Origin: the human T2T-CHM13v2.0 reference genome, Homo sapiens
Assembly: GCF_009914755.1 (NCBI RefSeq)
Contig: NC_060927.1
Direction: 5' to 3' (one strand)
Length of the DNA: 64,000 bases
The position numbers and the translations under genes are program-made. Of this stretch, positions 1-16,979 are shown piece after piece (the first letter of the stretch is position 1; the number at the start of each line of letters is the position of its first letter). The notes beneath the pieces were generated by a model, which saw only the letters and a list, made by a program, of their open reading frames with translations, was not told the origin of the DNA and did no database searches.

Positions 1-14
1 GCAGTACAGTTCTG

Positions 15-225
15 ATGATGGGCTCTGGAATTTGACCGCCCTAGCTAGAATATCTGCCCTGTCAGTTTCAGTTATATAAACAAGGACAACTTATTTAACC
101 TGAGCCTTAGCTCCTCATGCATAAAATGAAAAAGCATAGAACCTACTTCATAGGATTGTTATAAGGATGAAATAAGAAAATGTCCAGTATATAACAAGTA
201 CTCTTTCAACATTTGTTGCTATGAT
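15..225 (+). mobile_element. MIR SINE
   Basis: MIR core-like text (acttatttaacctgagccttagctcctcatgcataaaatg...acctacttcataggattgtt). Confidence 0.75.
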
Positions 226-269
226 TTATTAGCATTATATTAGGTTTCCCTGCGACATCATCATTAAAC

Positions 270-500
270 ATAATTTATTAAAGCCATATATTTTAAGCAC
301 CTAATGCATGTAAGGCACTGTAGGTTATGATGCTAAAAACACAACACAATCCCTCTTCTCCATAAATTCTGTCAGGTGGGGAAAAACACACATATAAATT
401 ATAAATAGAACAATACAGTAAGACCAATATATGAAGTACTGCAAAAGTACAAGAAGGGTAGATGTCATTACCTCCAACAGGCTAAAAAAAATAAGGGGGT
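270..500 (-). mobile_element. L2 LINE 3' fragment
   Basis: aagcacctaatgcatgtaaggcactgtagg resembles the reverse complement of the L2 3' end. Confidence 0.5.
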
Positions 501-599
501 TCTTATCATTGCTGGAGGATGAGTACATGGATCAAATCGAGTTGGAAATGAAAATGCCACCTCCCAGTCTCCTTCCCCTCAACCCTCCACCCAGCCTTG

Positions 600-1020
600 G
601 GCACCACTCTTAGCTGTTTGGAAAAAGGCATGTGACCTAGGCTCAATCAATTAGATGCTCTTGAGTAGACCTTTGATTCTTGAGAGAGAGAGATGCCAAG
701 TTGCTGGAAGAGTCAGAGATATTCTTGGCCCCCCATAGCAGAGGCCAGAGGCTAGTGGCCAGCAGTACACTGGTGTGTTGCCAGAAGCAGCACTTGAAAT
801 GGCAGCAGGAATAGTGACTGATCCTCAACAGCCTGCTTCAATGGTGTGAGCTCAGCTGGATCCTCAGCTGTTTACTGTCCCTTGATTTCCAATCTCTTTC
901 TAAATCTGATCTCTAGTCCTCTCACCAATTTGTAAGAAACTCAATATCCTTCCAACAAATTATTTTTCTGCCTATGTTGGACAGAGGTTTTCTGTTAGTT
1001 GCAACTAAGAACCCAGACTT
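600..1020 (+). mobile_element. old MLT1-type (ERVL-MaLR) LTR
   Basis: tgtgacctaggctcaatcaattagatgctc, and 3' end ttctgttagttgcaactaagaacccagact. Confidence 0.55.
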
Positions 1021-3959
1021 GTACCTTGAGTCATGAAGTAAAACTTGCCAGTCTCATTGGGACACCGTCTCCAGCTTTCCAAATGACCTCTAATTACCAC
1101 TTTCTTCTATGTTAATTAAGATACTATTAGGTTGCCTATTTCAGTGTAAATGGACTTCTTGATTGTGACATTTTATCTCAGCAAAATGTGTATCACAGAA
1201 AGTATTGTCTAAATTTTCATTAGCAAAAGAATCTATTGTTTCTACTTGACACAAAAATAATTTTCTATTATTCATCCCTTCCACATAAGACCCCCTTACT
1301 CTTCTTTTTATGATAAGCAATAAAGAAGAAAGAAAATAATGTACAGGGAAGAACAATGCAAGGAAACGGAGAAACAAGGAATCATTTATTGGTTTCCTGC
1401 AGAAATCAACAAGCCACTCTTATCTTTGTATTCCTCTTAAGTTGATCAAATTGGCATTTTTGTAAAAAGTCAAATATCAGCAACTAGTTGCTTAAAGTAG
1501 AAGTTTCAGACACAGGCACATCCCAGCCTGTGGACCTCTGCTTGAGGATGAACAGGTGAAAAGGATTGAGTTGAAAATGCCCATTCCTCTAAGAGGCTCT
1601 CAAGGACCACCAGGTAGGGAAACAATTCTTGGAGAATCTCTTATGTGAACACAGTAGAGAGAAAGATCCTGTACCCTGAACTAGTACTGAAAAAAGAAAG
1701 ATTAGCTGTCCTTCATTATTTGCGCTGTAGGGTATACAGGCAACAAAACCCAGTGAGAACATTTAATAAAACATTGTCACTTTCATATCCCCAAATTTCT
1801 TCCTTGCCCTTTATCACTTCCCAGCTGTCTCCAGATTTTATTTTGTATCCACTTGAGCTATGAGGTCAGAGTTAAGCCTTCAGGAATGTGTCTCTCTATA
1901 GGCAGAAACCTGACTCTTCCTGAAAAAACCCTTAGTAGACCTTGGGAAAACTGCAGTTGCTATCACATGTACAGAGAGAGCTTTTGCAGTCACTGGACTT
2001 TAAATGTTCTTTTTGTTGGACTGCCAAAAGGTTACTGCTCCCTTGAGAACTGAGCCAGTTCCTCTAAACCCCTCCCACTGACTCATATGTTTGTCTGGCT
2101 GCAGCTGCTAAAAAAGATGGGAATTTAAAAGCTGCTACACAAGTGCAAAAGCAATCACCAAAACAGTGGCAATATCCTCAGGTCTTAGACCGAAAATATC
2201 CATACTGAGAAAGGCATAGGGTTAGGAGAAGAACACTAGATACAAAATACTGGAATACAGAATGGATAAAGATGAAAAGAAACAAGAAGGAAATCACGGG
2301 GTTCTCAGGGCTGGAAATTATTTTCTTCTGTGACCTTGCTAAAGGCCATCTCATGGATTTATTTTTTCGGCCCTGTGGTTACGTTTTCTTTGACCTAGAT
2401 TTCCATGGAGGTTGGTATTGATAAGTTGTCCACCACTGCAATGTTATAATCATATTTTTCAACAATGCTGAGAGAATTTAAAAAGTATATTATCATCATT
2501 ATTATTTCCTCATTACTTCCATCCTAACAATATCCCAGTGGGTATTTCCTAGGCAAAGTAAACATTTCTTAGCTCTCAAGTTCTTGTATACAAATCTCAT
2601 GTTTCATTCGGCAGTGCCCTGAAAACATTGATAAGCCAGCACTGTTGTCATCCAGGACTCTAACACCATTTCTGCAGCCTCTCTTCACCCCTCCTCCTTC
2701 TATACTGAGAAGTGTTCTCAAGTTTTCCCATCTTTGTCATCAATCAGGAAAGTGATCTAATAAGCACTGATCCAAGGTGTGATGGAGAAAGGGTACTTCC
2801 ATTCTCTGCAATTATTCATCTTCAAAAAGAGACAAAGGGAAATGATGATGGTCACCACACAGGAATTGCTAATAATAGGACTTTTATTCAAAAGTTTGAG
2901 AGAGAATTAGATAAGGGAAGCCTTCCTAGAGAGCCCTCAAATAACACTGTTGAGACACATAGAAGGTACGGCTCTCTAAAATACTGAAATGTTTTCCATG
3001 GATGCCCGTTACACTACAAATCCTGAACAACTCATTTAATCCAAAAACAGCTGAAACACTATTTGCTGCACCCATTTAACCCATGTGAAAGCCCGTGCCC
3101 ATAGATCAGAAATGTCATCTTTAGTGTTAGAGAATGCTCTGTCTTACCAGAATCTGTCTCTTCCATAGCCTTTCTTCATCTGTTACAAAAGCAGGGTGTT
3201 CTTTCTTAAGGTTTATTCATCCTAAGAGAGCACTTGAGAATTCCACTAACTGTATCTCACTTTCTTGTTGTGGCTGTAACCCTGTCACCACCAAACCCAT
3301 TATTTTGCATGAATGTCTCTGACAATACGTACATAATCCACAGACAACTCCATCTGATGTTGTCTTTAGATCTTGCTTAGAGGGGTCTTGTCAAAATCTC
3401 CATGGATTCATTTTCTGCCAGTTTCTCTGTGTATTTCCACAAAGATCTGAAACTATTTATAAACTGCTTCACTTCCTGGAAATTTTTTGTTACTCCAAGG
3501 AAACTTCTAAGGTTTTAGAGCATCGCTTTGGAACTGGCTGCTTTGGCACTGACCCTACTTTTTTGATTCTGGGGGAAAATGTTCCAAAAACTCATGCTTA
3601 AATAATCTCAGCTAAATTACTTATGTTATTTCATAAAATCATTCCTCTGCAGCAAAACTGTAAACACTAAGAGGATAGGAAATATGCCTGCCGTTTGTTT
3701 GTCTGTTCACTCATTTAATTATCATCATCGTCATCATCCATCCCGATGCCTACCACATCTCCCCTGCATACAGTGGGGACACAACAACATTCAGGTAATG
3801 GATACTGAACTGGGTCATTCAATATTCACGGCTGTGTCTTTGTAGGCCAAACATTTTTGTCTATACAGACAAATGAAAATGGAGATGTTAAAATAGTTTG
3901 GTCTACGAAATACAAACTAACATTTGTCTCCTAGCTAAGAAATGTATCAATGTAGAGCT

Positions 3960-3971
3960 GGGGGGGGGGGG
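3960..3971. repeat. G12 homopolymer
   Basis: 12 consecutive G. Confidence 0.95.
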
Positions 3972-4764
3972 ATTATATTATTCACTTTCTAGAACACTGG
4001 CTAATGACACTCCAACTTGTCAGCAAATAGTTATACATCTCAAGGAGCTAGGTCTCCTTGCCCTTTAAAATCTCCAGTGAAGATGTAGAACAAAACTTTA
4101 TGTTTCACATTCTTTATTTAGACGCATTATAGCATCAGATGTTTTTTTCTGCCCTCTTTTTTACTTTAGCCATTACTTCTCACAGTAGTGTTTGTAATAA
4201 ATGCACACAAGAATTAACTTATTGTTAAGCTTTTTAACTTAAGCTGTTATTACTCATTAGCCATCATTCTTGGTGTACATTTAAGAATTCTGACTTTAAA
4301 TGTTACTATTTAAAATGTAAAATTACCCTTGTTAGAGTAACCTATGGATCAGCATTCAGTAAGGTACCACCTGCAAATATCCAGTCCTTTTTTTGTGTTT
4401 TAAAATACAAATAAATCATTAGACTTAATGGCTATTGGACAAGTCAAATCCATTTTTACCTCATTATAATAGTCAAATTTTCAACCCTATTTTAAATGGG
4501 GTTTACAGGACTCTATGGCCTAGATTGGATCTTAATTTTCAGTAGTAACATTTAGGACATGGCTTGGCTCTTTTGTGCAATATTAATGAGGAATATATAT
4601 TTGTATATGTATATACTTGTGTATTTGCGGATATATGTATTCATAGTCAAGATTTTGTTGATACACTCCTATAAAGATCATCTCTCTCACTTGAATCCCA
4701 AACACATCCAGATCCCTTTAAGTATAACAGAAAGCAAACTGTTTACAGAAATAAAAAAAAAATC

Positions 4765-4958
4765 TGCATTGAGCACTTCTACATGCCCATGTACTCAGAT
4801 TCTCCTAACAACCCTACCAGGTAGCCATTATTATTCATATTTTATAAAAGAAGAAACTGTATCACAGAGGAGTTATTTTCTCCAGCTCTCATGGTCAGTA
4901 AGTAAAAGAACAAAAATTGCCTGACTGCAAAGCCAGTACTCTTTCCACTACACCAGAC
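4765..4958 (-). mobile_element. MIR SINE
   Basis: ctaacaaccctaccaggtagccattattattcatattttataaaagaagaaactg...ctctttccactacacca. Confidence 0.7.
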
Positions 4959-5310
4959 TTTTAGAGGACACAACTGAGAATCACAACAAAGATAACTGCT
5001 TGCATAAAACTTTGTGACCCTGCAAAGTGCTTGCAAATATTTATTTGTGAGATATTTTCTTGGAAGAATAAAACTTATTTTCCCAAAAATACAATACTAA
5101 TGTTTTTGTCATAAGCTAGAACACAAAGCTTGTTTTGCCCAAAATGTGTTTAAATAAATCACACTTTAGGATTAAAAACATAATAATAGTACTGCTAATG
5201 TACTTATATTTCAATCTAAGTTGTCTTACCCTGTGGCCATATCATAAACTTCAAGTACTCTTTCTCAAAATACAATCATGGAATATGAGAACTAGAAATA
5301 ACCATATAAA

Positions 5311-5460
5311 TAGGATGGCCAACCCTCTTAGTTTTCCCAGGACTTTGGGGTCTCCAGGACAAGGGACTTTCAGTTTTAAAACAGAGACTAAAAAGATTCC
5401 TAGGACATTTCACTGCTGAAACTGGGAAAGTACCAAGCAAGCCGGGACAAGTTGATCATC
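5311..5460. mobile_element. MER94-like hAT-Blackjack DNA transposon
   Basis: ends aggatggccaac...gggacaagttgatcatcc resemble the AGGGTGACCA terminal inverted repeats. Confidence 0.65.
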
Positions 5461-6137
5461 CAGCAAACCATCTGGTCTAACCTCCTCATTTCACAGGTGA
5501 GGAAGCCAAGATTCATAGAAAACACATGTGTTCATAGAAAAAACACATGCCACTTCTACACTTCTTCTCTTTTAGTCTTTATACAGATTCATTCAGCCTT
5601 CAGATATCCAGTAATTTCCCAGACTTAGTCACTAGTTTAATTGCTCATAATTTTCCACTCTCCATTAAGATTTGTGTGTCAGGGACCAAATCTGTGTTCC
5701 CTTTGTATTTTCAGCACCTAGTCCAGTGCCTGACTCAGGGTATGCAACTTGTTGTATGTTTGTTGACTGCCATTGAAGGACTAGATTGTATGCTTGGGAG
5801 ACTGAGGTCTTTATTCAAGTTGTATTGGATTACAGGGACAATTGTGTGTCAAAGATGGAAAGCTGAAAGCTGCAGTAGGCAACATCTTTACCAATTAAAT
5901 TTTCCTTTATTTCCTGCATTTTATAGGCAGGTATTACTTTATAATAAAAATAAAAGGCATTTTTAAAAGAAAAACCATCAGTGCCTTGTGTTCCCCTGAT
6001 TAACCAGAGGAATGCTGATTCAGGAGGTGAAGATCATGCCACAGGATAAATTACTGTCTTAAGTGTCCTGCTTGCCAAGGTTTCCGCCGACAGCGCAACA
6101 CCCATGCATCATATTCTCCTCCTTCATTGTCCCTCAC

Positions 6138-6156
6138 CTGTTGTCCTCACAAATTA
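6138..6156 (-). other. candidate exon 3' end or 19-nt microexon of minus-strand transcript
   Basis: minus strand: gcgctctcttttttttcttcacaag|TAATTTGTGAGGACAACAG|gtgagg, in non-repeat sequence. Confidence 0.3.
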
Positions 6157-7253
6157 CTTGTGAAGAAAAAAAAGAGAGCGCAAGCAATCCAGTGAATAGA
6201 TCCCAATCTTTGATTTATTACTATATCATTGAATGGCCCCAGTTCCTGTTCATATTGAAACCTGAACTGACAGTGCAATGTGCTTAAAAATGGATGTAGC
6301 ATTTGAGATACGAGATTTCAAAGCAGGGAGTTTTTATCCAGCTGTGCTGCATCTCCACACTTGCCAAAATGCTTATGTTTCCACTTGGTGCTGCCGAGTT
6401 ACACTTTTCCCTCTTAAAAAGATGAGAACCATGTGCCAGAACTCATTAAGAAATAACCCAGTAATCAGGCTGGTTCCCAAGTAGCTTTTTGACACCAAGT
6501 AACTTTCTTTGATCAGTAGAAATGGTACATTATACTCACTATAAACCTTCAAGTGGGAGACACTGCCAAGAAATTCCGAGAGATGAAAACACCAGAATTT
6601 TGAAGTTGACCCACAACTGTTTCTTTATGTCACAGTACACTGTAATTCAAAGAGTTTCATTCATTTTGAAAGTGTTTCTACCCTCACTTAAAAACATCCT
6701 TTTTCATTTTCCCCTCTTGTTGAAACTCACAGAGTATCATTGTCCTATAACTTGAAATTGTGCCCTAGAATTATTTTATTACAGTGCAAAAGTAGATGTC
6801 CAGAGATCCAAAAGCTACAGTTTGTTACTTGATGGTGCACAAAACCACATAAATGTTGCTATGTGTTCAGCTTCTTCACTCTCAGCCCTCGCTTGCTCAT
6901 TTCCAAAGTTTAAAATAAGCAGTGAATGCAGATTGGCAGAGAAAAAAATCCCATCACCAAAGGACAGTATAGAGACTGAATGTTTGATATCTAGGAAAGG
7001 TAACTCTACTCTTTCTTTAAGAAAGGCTATGAGAGGTTTGTGTGTATTTTCTTTATGTAGACCGGGGATATTTTTAGCATCAGTTTGTAAGGTCACTTTC
7101 TTCTGCTCTAATGGCTACTTTCCTTAGAATTGCCAAGCACAACAAACTCCAAAACCATAGTTCCCCTTACGACAGCTCTGATTAGCTCGATGCCAAATAC
7201 AATCAGAACAGCATTCAACCATTTGGGCAGAAACACACAAACAAACTCTAGTA

Positions 7254-9964
<2,711 letters not shown>

Positions 9965-10959
9965 TATAGTGGTGCCCGTATCAGAATCCCCAGTCAATTT
10001 CCACATCTAGGACACACTGAAATACATTCATCCTCACCCAGCTGCACCTACCCTATGAACCACTGCTCTAGTACCCATAGCCTTTCACTGATACCATCAT
10101 CAGCTGTGGCCAGGATCCCGCTAATCAACCTGCCACTTCAGGTAACAGATAACCACATTTGAATTGCGCACAGCCTGTGACCCAGCAGGCCTACTTGAAG
10201 GAATTTATTCTACAGATATTTGCACAAGAAGGAAAGAACATGCAAGTGGCAATGTGAAATTTTACCACAGCTCATATAATGAAAAAGGAGGAAAACACAC
10301 TAATGAACGGATTAAATTAATTCTGTTGAAACAATGAAATTCTAATTCAGCTGTTAAGAAAGGAATAGGTACATCTATATTTGTGGACATATTAGAGAGA
10401 AGATTAACTCAGCTCCTCACTGGTTTTGGCAGCCTCCGAACAGGCTTTTAGTCATCATTTTAGATAAAAGCTGAGCTGAGAAAAGGGATCTTGGAGTTGG
10501 GCCCATATGACACTTTCATAAGAACACTGAGAAGGTTTTGTTACATCAAAACCACAAGCTTTGTAGGAAAACTTCCTAGCCTGTATGGCAGAGCACACTG
10601 GGCTGACGCACATTTGCTACAGCTGTACCAAGATATTATTCCACTCAAAGTGGCCAGGGCAGGGCCCAGAGCCACCTGGACCTGTTGCTACCAGCGGTGA
10701 GCAGTCTCTTCTCTTCACTCCAGAGTGCTGCCCAAATATCAACATTTCCATGTGTGCCATACAGGTTTGGGAAGTGGTGAATGTCAGGAACTGCTTTTAA
10801 AACATCAAAGGTTACCTGGCACTGGTATCACTGCTTGTCTCAAAGGCAAATTTCCAAAGCAAAGGAAACAGATCATTGACTGTAACTAGAGCAACCTAAG
10901 CAAAAGAATAAAGATACCTTGGGCTATTTGAACCCTTTCCCCCTTATACCTTAAAGTCA

Positions 10960-11262
10960 CTTTGAAATGCTAAGTGAAGGAAACCAGATACAAAAAATTG
11001 TATGATATATGACGCCGTTTATGTGGAATGTCCAGAAACGGCAAATCCATAGAAACAAAGTAGATTAGTGGTTGCCTGAGGCTGGGGCAGGAACACAGAT
11101 TAAAGGCAAATGGGCATGAGGAATCTTTCGGGAATGATAGAAATGTTCTCAAATTGGATTGCGGTAATGGTTGCACAAGTCTGTAAATTTACTAAAAAAT
11201 CAATGAATTGTAAACCTAAGATGGGTGATTTTTACAATATAGAAATTGCATCTCAATAAGAT
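10960..11262 (+). mobile_element. L1M (L1MB/L1ME-like) 3' UTR fragment
   Basis: atgctaagtgaaggaaaccagatac...ggcaaatccatagaaacaaagtagattagtggttgcc...ctcaataa. Confidence 0.85.
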
Positions 11263-11842
11263 TCAAGAAATACTTGGAAGGAATATTAAACAACTTATAA
11301 TTTTAGCCATATTACTTATACTTCTAAACAAAAGAAGTATATATAAGTTATAAACAAGTAGTGCATATTTATATGTTTTTTTAATTTTAAAAAATACTAT
11401 ATTTTAAAAAACAAAAAGAATGTATTTTCTCTTGAATAGGCACAGAAAAATGACTAGCAGGAAATATAAGGAATTTTGTTTTTAATGGGTGAGAATGGAG
11501 TTTCCTTGCCGGGAAATTTTGACTTCTTACTTTATGCTTTTTTTTTTTTTTTTTTTTTTTACCATTAGATATTTTTATAGGCAAAAATTCCCTTTATTTA
11601 AAAATATATAAATTATCCTTAATGTCTGTGTTTTTCTTTTGATCTCAAATAGGCTTGTCACCAAAGTTCTCAGAACATATATTATTGATTAAATATTTCA
11701 TGTCCAGAATAAAAAGGTAAAGTACTTGCTGATTCTGGAAAAAATGTTAAGGATCTAACACACTGTCCCTTGACGAATGCACTGGGTGACATTCTGCAGA
11801 GTAGGTTTATGTTCTGCTTATAGTTTGGAAATAATTTAAGAT

Positions 11843-11997
11843 CAGGGGTTGGCAAACCTGTTCTTAAGGAGCCAAATAATAAATATGGTTGTTTTCCCAG
11901 GCCAAATTGTCTCTGTCTAAACAACTCTGCTATTATAGCTTAAAAGCAGCCATGGAGAATATATTTTAAAATGGCTTGGCTGTGTTTGCCAACTCCT
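11843..11997 (+). mobile_element. MER58A-like hAT-Charlie element
   Basis: TIRs caggggttggcaaac and gtttgccaactcct. Confidence 0.8.
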
Positions 11998-12889
11998 ATA
12001 TTAAGTGGTGAAATGAACAATTTTTTAAGATTTGCTTGAAAATATATTAGAAAAATATAACCAGCACATCCAGCCCATGACTTCACAACTATTATTACTT
12101 GGGAGGAAATTAAACTTATGTATGTTTTTAAAAGGCTGGAGATTTAAAGAAAAATATTAAGCAGGTTACAGAATAGATGGTCCATGGTATGACGAAAATA
12201 ATAAAAGATATTTGCAAATGGCAAACATTTGGGAAAACTTCACTTGAACATAAATAACAGCTTCTTACTAACAATAAACCATGGGATGAGGAAAATCTCT
12301 CCACACTAGGTAATTCTTCCCAGTGACCCAATTCAGTATTTGAGACAATGCTCCTTGAAAGAAATATTAAAATGTAGATTAAAAATCCCCAAAGGGAAGG
12401 GTCCTTAATATTTGCTGGATTATGGAAGCTATGGACCTGCTCTGCAGAAAAAAAAATATGTACTGAAAAACTGTGCTCCCTGACACACATCCAAATTTAG
12501 AGACCTCAAAGTGGTAAAAAACAAGACAGCATACACAACGATATTATTCAAAGGCTTTTCCAGGCACTCTAGCGCACATGACCTGTGCTCAGCACCGGGC
12601 TCAGCAAAACACACAGATCAAGAATACAGTGCCCTTTGGGAGCCTGTGCCCTCCTCAAATACCAACTGTGATGACATAGGAAGCTGAGCAGGGTCAAAAT
12701 AAGGGATGCTGCTGTCAAGCCCAGCCCCCATTCAGTTCCACAATTCCGGTCAGAAACAAAACAGACTTCACATTCCAACACAGGGCCATCATTTCCAAAT
12801 TGATAACTCAGTCATCACAGGGTGTTTCTACCTAGGAAAATTAGGAGGGAGAAAGGGCAAGAGAAAGGGTGGACGGTAGGGAGCAAAAG

Positions 12890-13030
12890 GAGCTGGCATT
12901 GTTGAACACCACGCATGGGCTATGCACTAGACAAAGGCTGTTTTATTGAGTGCTCACAACAAATCCACGAGGTAGATATAATTATCTCCATTTTAGAGAA
13001 AAGGAAATGGAAACATTTGCCAAGATTTAT
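12890..13030 (-). mobile_element. MIR SINE
   Basis: ctcacaacaaatccacgaggtagatataattatctccattttagagaaaaggaaa. Confidence 0.65.
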
Positions 13031-13169
13031 CTCCTTTGTCTCATCAAGATGGAACACTTGTAACAGTAATAATGAACAGTAATTATTGGTCTATAAACAT
13101 GTTTTATTATTTTATGTTTCCCTGTTAGCTTGTTCATGCTACTAGAATCTCTTTTCTATATCTATATTC

Positions 13170-13475
13170 AACTAAATTATACTTGGCTTTAAGACTCAGC
13201 TTAAGCACTGCTTTCCCCAACAAGCCTTCCCTAACACTCTCCCCCATTCTCAATTCACACCTGCCTTGGTTTTAAGTTCCACAGGACTCTACCCTGATAC
13301 ATAATTCCATAGTAACACTCCACTTTAACTGCTAACTTGCTTGCCAGTCTCCCCCAATAGACTAAAATCTCCGTGGACGTTCAGAGATTATTTTTATTGA
13401 CTTCCCTTCTCAGAGCTTAATACTATGTCTGCCACAAAGTAAGGACTCAGTAACATCTGCTGAATGAATGAATGC
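13170..13475 (+). mobile_element. L2 LINE 3' end
   Basis: ends ...gtaaggactcagtaacatctgctgaatgaatgaatg. Confidence 0.75.
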
Positions 13476-13590
13476 ATGAAGAAACTGCATTGCCCAATGT
13501 CTAATTAGCATGTAAGTTGTAGAAGCAGGATCTGAACCTAGTCATTCTTTCCATTATACCATAATGTGAGTATGAAAAAAATAAATTATT

Positions 13591-13916
<326 letters not shown>

Positions 13917-14022
13917 TTAGCTTTAGGATATTAAAAGATAGTCCATCAATGACTCGATTGCTCCGAATTGCTTGGGGAATCCTTTTGGAAGTACCATAAA
14001 CTAGCCTATAAGGGACAAAAGA

Positions 14023-15600
14023 ACATTTAGAAAGTAATTTTTAGGATGGACATTATTAAAATGTCTGAAATTCAAGGAAAATTAACATTCTGTTGTGCAA
14101 AGGAGCTGAATTTTTATCAGAATTAAACTCCTAATGAAATGGGAAGTGGCAGTACAGTGCTCAAAAATAAAATCTTCAGAGTCAAGTAAGTTTATCCTTG
14201 TTGTGCAGTTTCTCTAACTTCATAGCAGGCCAAAGTATTTCTGTTACTGCATTTTTAACAAACTTTCAGGAAGGTACAGTCCATATCAAATTGCCTCTGA
14301 GATTTCCCTAGAGTAGTTCACAATCCTGGAGTATCCAGGAATCTACATATACCCGCATCTGACTGGGAAGCAAGATGAGCTCACAATGAATGCTAAGTTG
14401 TAATTCTTACATCTCTTGAGATTTTTCAGATGGTGTGGAATGTGAAGGGTCCTGGAGGTCTGCCAGAGTGGATCTCCATCCTGCAGGGGCTGAGGCACCC
14501 AGCTGCTACCAGTACTACCACCATGGTGAGTTCTGTGTCCCAAACAAAAGTTTGGGAACTGGCTCTAGGCAACAAGAAACTATTGCAAGGTTACAAACAA
14601 AACAGTGATTAGATGGTATTTGAAATATTCTTGCTATAGTATTATTATTATTATCATTTCTTATTATTATCACCTCTACAATAACACATTCTCATGTACA
14701 TTTCCATATGCTTCCAGAATGGGAGGCAGAAAGTGCAGCTACAATTGGTATACATAAAATGAAGCATAAACTTGAGTTGGCAAGTGGGAACGTGTTAGAA
14801 GGTTGAAGTTACATCTATCATGTGTGTCACAAAGAGAAAATGATTGACAACTGTTGCTTCAGAGTACTATATTCTATTGAAATGACAAAATAAAAAGAAA
14901 GTATTTGTTATATGTCCACTGTATGTAAAGCAATGTGCCAGATATTGATGGATCTATCTATATAGAAACATTAAGAAAAAGCTTACTAGCTTCTCAGGCA
15001 AGAACTCTAGGGGAAATATTTTAGATGTGTCACTGCTGTCTAAGGTAGGTCCTCAGCTTTTCTGCTTCAATTTTTTAAAACAAAGTTAACAAACTCTAAA
15101 TAATTAAAACATAAAGACTCATATTTTATTTTTGTTTAGAATATACGTTTCCTAGTATATTAATATCTACTCTCTATGGTATTGGCTTTTAAGTATCAAG
15201 GTATTTGAGTAATCCAATTATTAATCAGAAGATTGTTTGGAAAGCACATAACCAGAAAAAACAGAATTGGCTAATTTTAAAGAACACTGTATGAAACTCT
15301 GAAATATGCCTGCTCCCAAATTGCCTATAGACCAAATACACTCATGCCTTTAACACACAGGTTCTCTTTTCCATGAATATAGACATCAACCGCTTACATT
15401 CAAATATCCTTTGTTAAATGCTACCACAAAAACCATTACATCCTGAAAGGTAAGTTGCAGCACAAATTTTTAAAATATAGTTTTCATTTACATTGTCATT
15501 TTGCCTTCTTGAGGAGATACTTTGTTTGACTTTACTGGAATTATGTATTACTCAACTCTGTAACAGCAACACATTTAGAAAGTAATTTTTAGGATGGACA
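14023..15600 (+). repeat. exact 30-bp dispersed direct repeat (14023-14052 and 15571-15600)
   Basis: acatttagaaagtaatttttaggatggaca occurs identically twice. Confidence 0.95.
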
Positions 15601-16034
15601 ATGGCCACAGATGCATTCATTCATTTAATAAGCATTTATTGAGCATATGTGCAGGCAGGCTATTGTTCTAGGTACCAGGAATCCAAGCAAAGATGTTTGG
15701 GAGACACACAGGTTACAGATAACTACGGTCAGTGTGGTCAGTGCTATGACAGAAAGACATGCCTCAGGAATGCGCCTAATCAAACATGAACAGTTGTGAA
15801 GCTTTCCTCATCTTGAAGAAACAGTATGAAGTAACCAGTTGAAAAATCATGCTAAGCTTATCCACAGTGGGCTAATTTTAAAAAACATTTCTATTCAATG
15901 GGCAGCCTTTTACTGACTTTGACCACTGATGGGTAGCTCCCATGGGGGATTCAGTAAAGCCCTTATTCACTTACAGGCCTATAATCTAATTAATGCAATA
16001 AATATACATCTTAAGTGATGCTTTGGCGGCAAAA

Positions 16035-16230
16035 ACTTGAGATCAAGACCTAGATCTGTTACTTAACAGTTGTGTGATTTTGGACAAGTTAGCATCTCAA
16101 AGCCTCAAATTCATCATCTGTATAATGGATAATGATAGTATATACTTCATATAAAATGCTATAAAAATGAATGAAATAATGCAAGTAATGCACTTAGCTT
16201 TAGCCCAAGGGCTCAAAAATGTTAGCTATT
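16035..16230 (+). mobile_element. MIR SINE
   Basis: tgtgtgattttggacaagttagcatctcaaagcctcaaattcatcatctgtataatgg. Confidence 0.8.
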
Positions 16231-16979
16231 GCAAAAACATCATTAACATGATTAGTCTTACAATAAATGCACACACATTCAAAAGAGCAAGCAATCATTT
16301 CAAAATCTTTTTTTAAAAAAAAGTTAGCAGAGATGCTGATATTTAAGCTAAAACTTGAAGACAGCATCCAAATGTTTATACATGATGGAACAAACAGCAG
16401 TGAGAAAATCCAAGAAAATGATAATTTATTCAGAGGGTAATGAGAAGACAATGTTGGCTTGGGCAGAGTTTCTACATGAAGTGAGAGAAGTAGGGCCTGA
16501 GTGGTACGCTGCTGCCAGATCCCAAGAGGCCTATGTGCCAGGCAAACGAGCTTGGGCTTTGTCCTGTACATGATGAGGAGCCACTGAAAATTTTTGTCCA
16601 GTAATGTAAAACGATCAAAGCAGCATTTTATAAGAAAAATCAGAAAGGGAGAGACCAGTTAGAATGTGACTGCTGGAGTCCTGCTGCCTAGCAATGAGGA
16701 TATACAATTAAGTCATGAGAAAATAGAAAAAAAATGGACACAGGAAACACTCTGAAGGACAAATAAACAGGACATATTTACTGAATCCCAGTATTGGTCA
16801 CGATCCTAATCTAAAAAATGTTGCCAAGTCATATTTTCCTAATGAGTATTTAAGTCTGAATTCAAGTTATGAAATTCCAGAGATTCACTGACTCTTCCAG
16901 GCATTTTAACGGCTAAGAAGGGTACTTTGCTCACCATGAGCATTAAGTCAGTGTTGGTGTTCAGAATAATGGGGATCAG

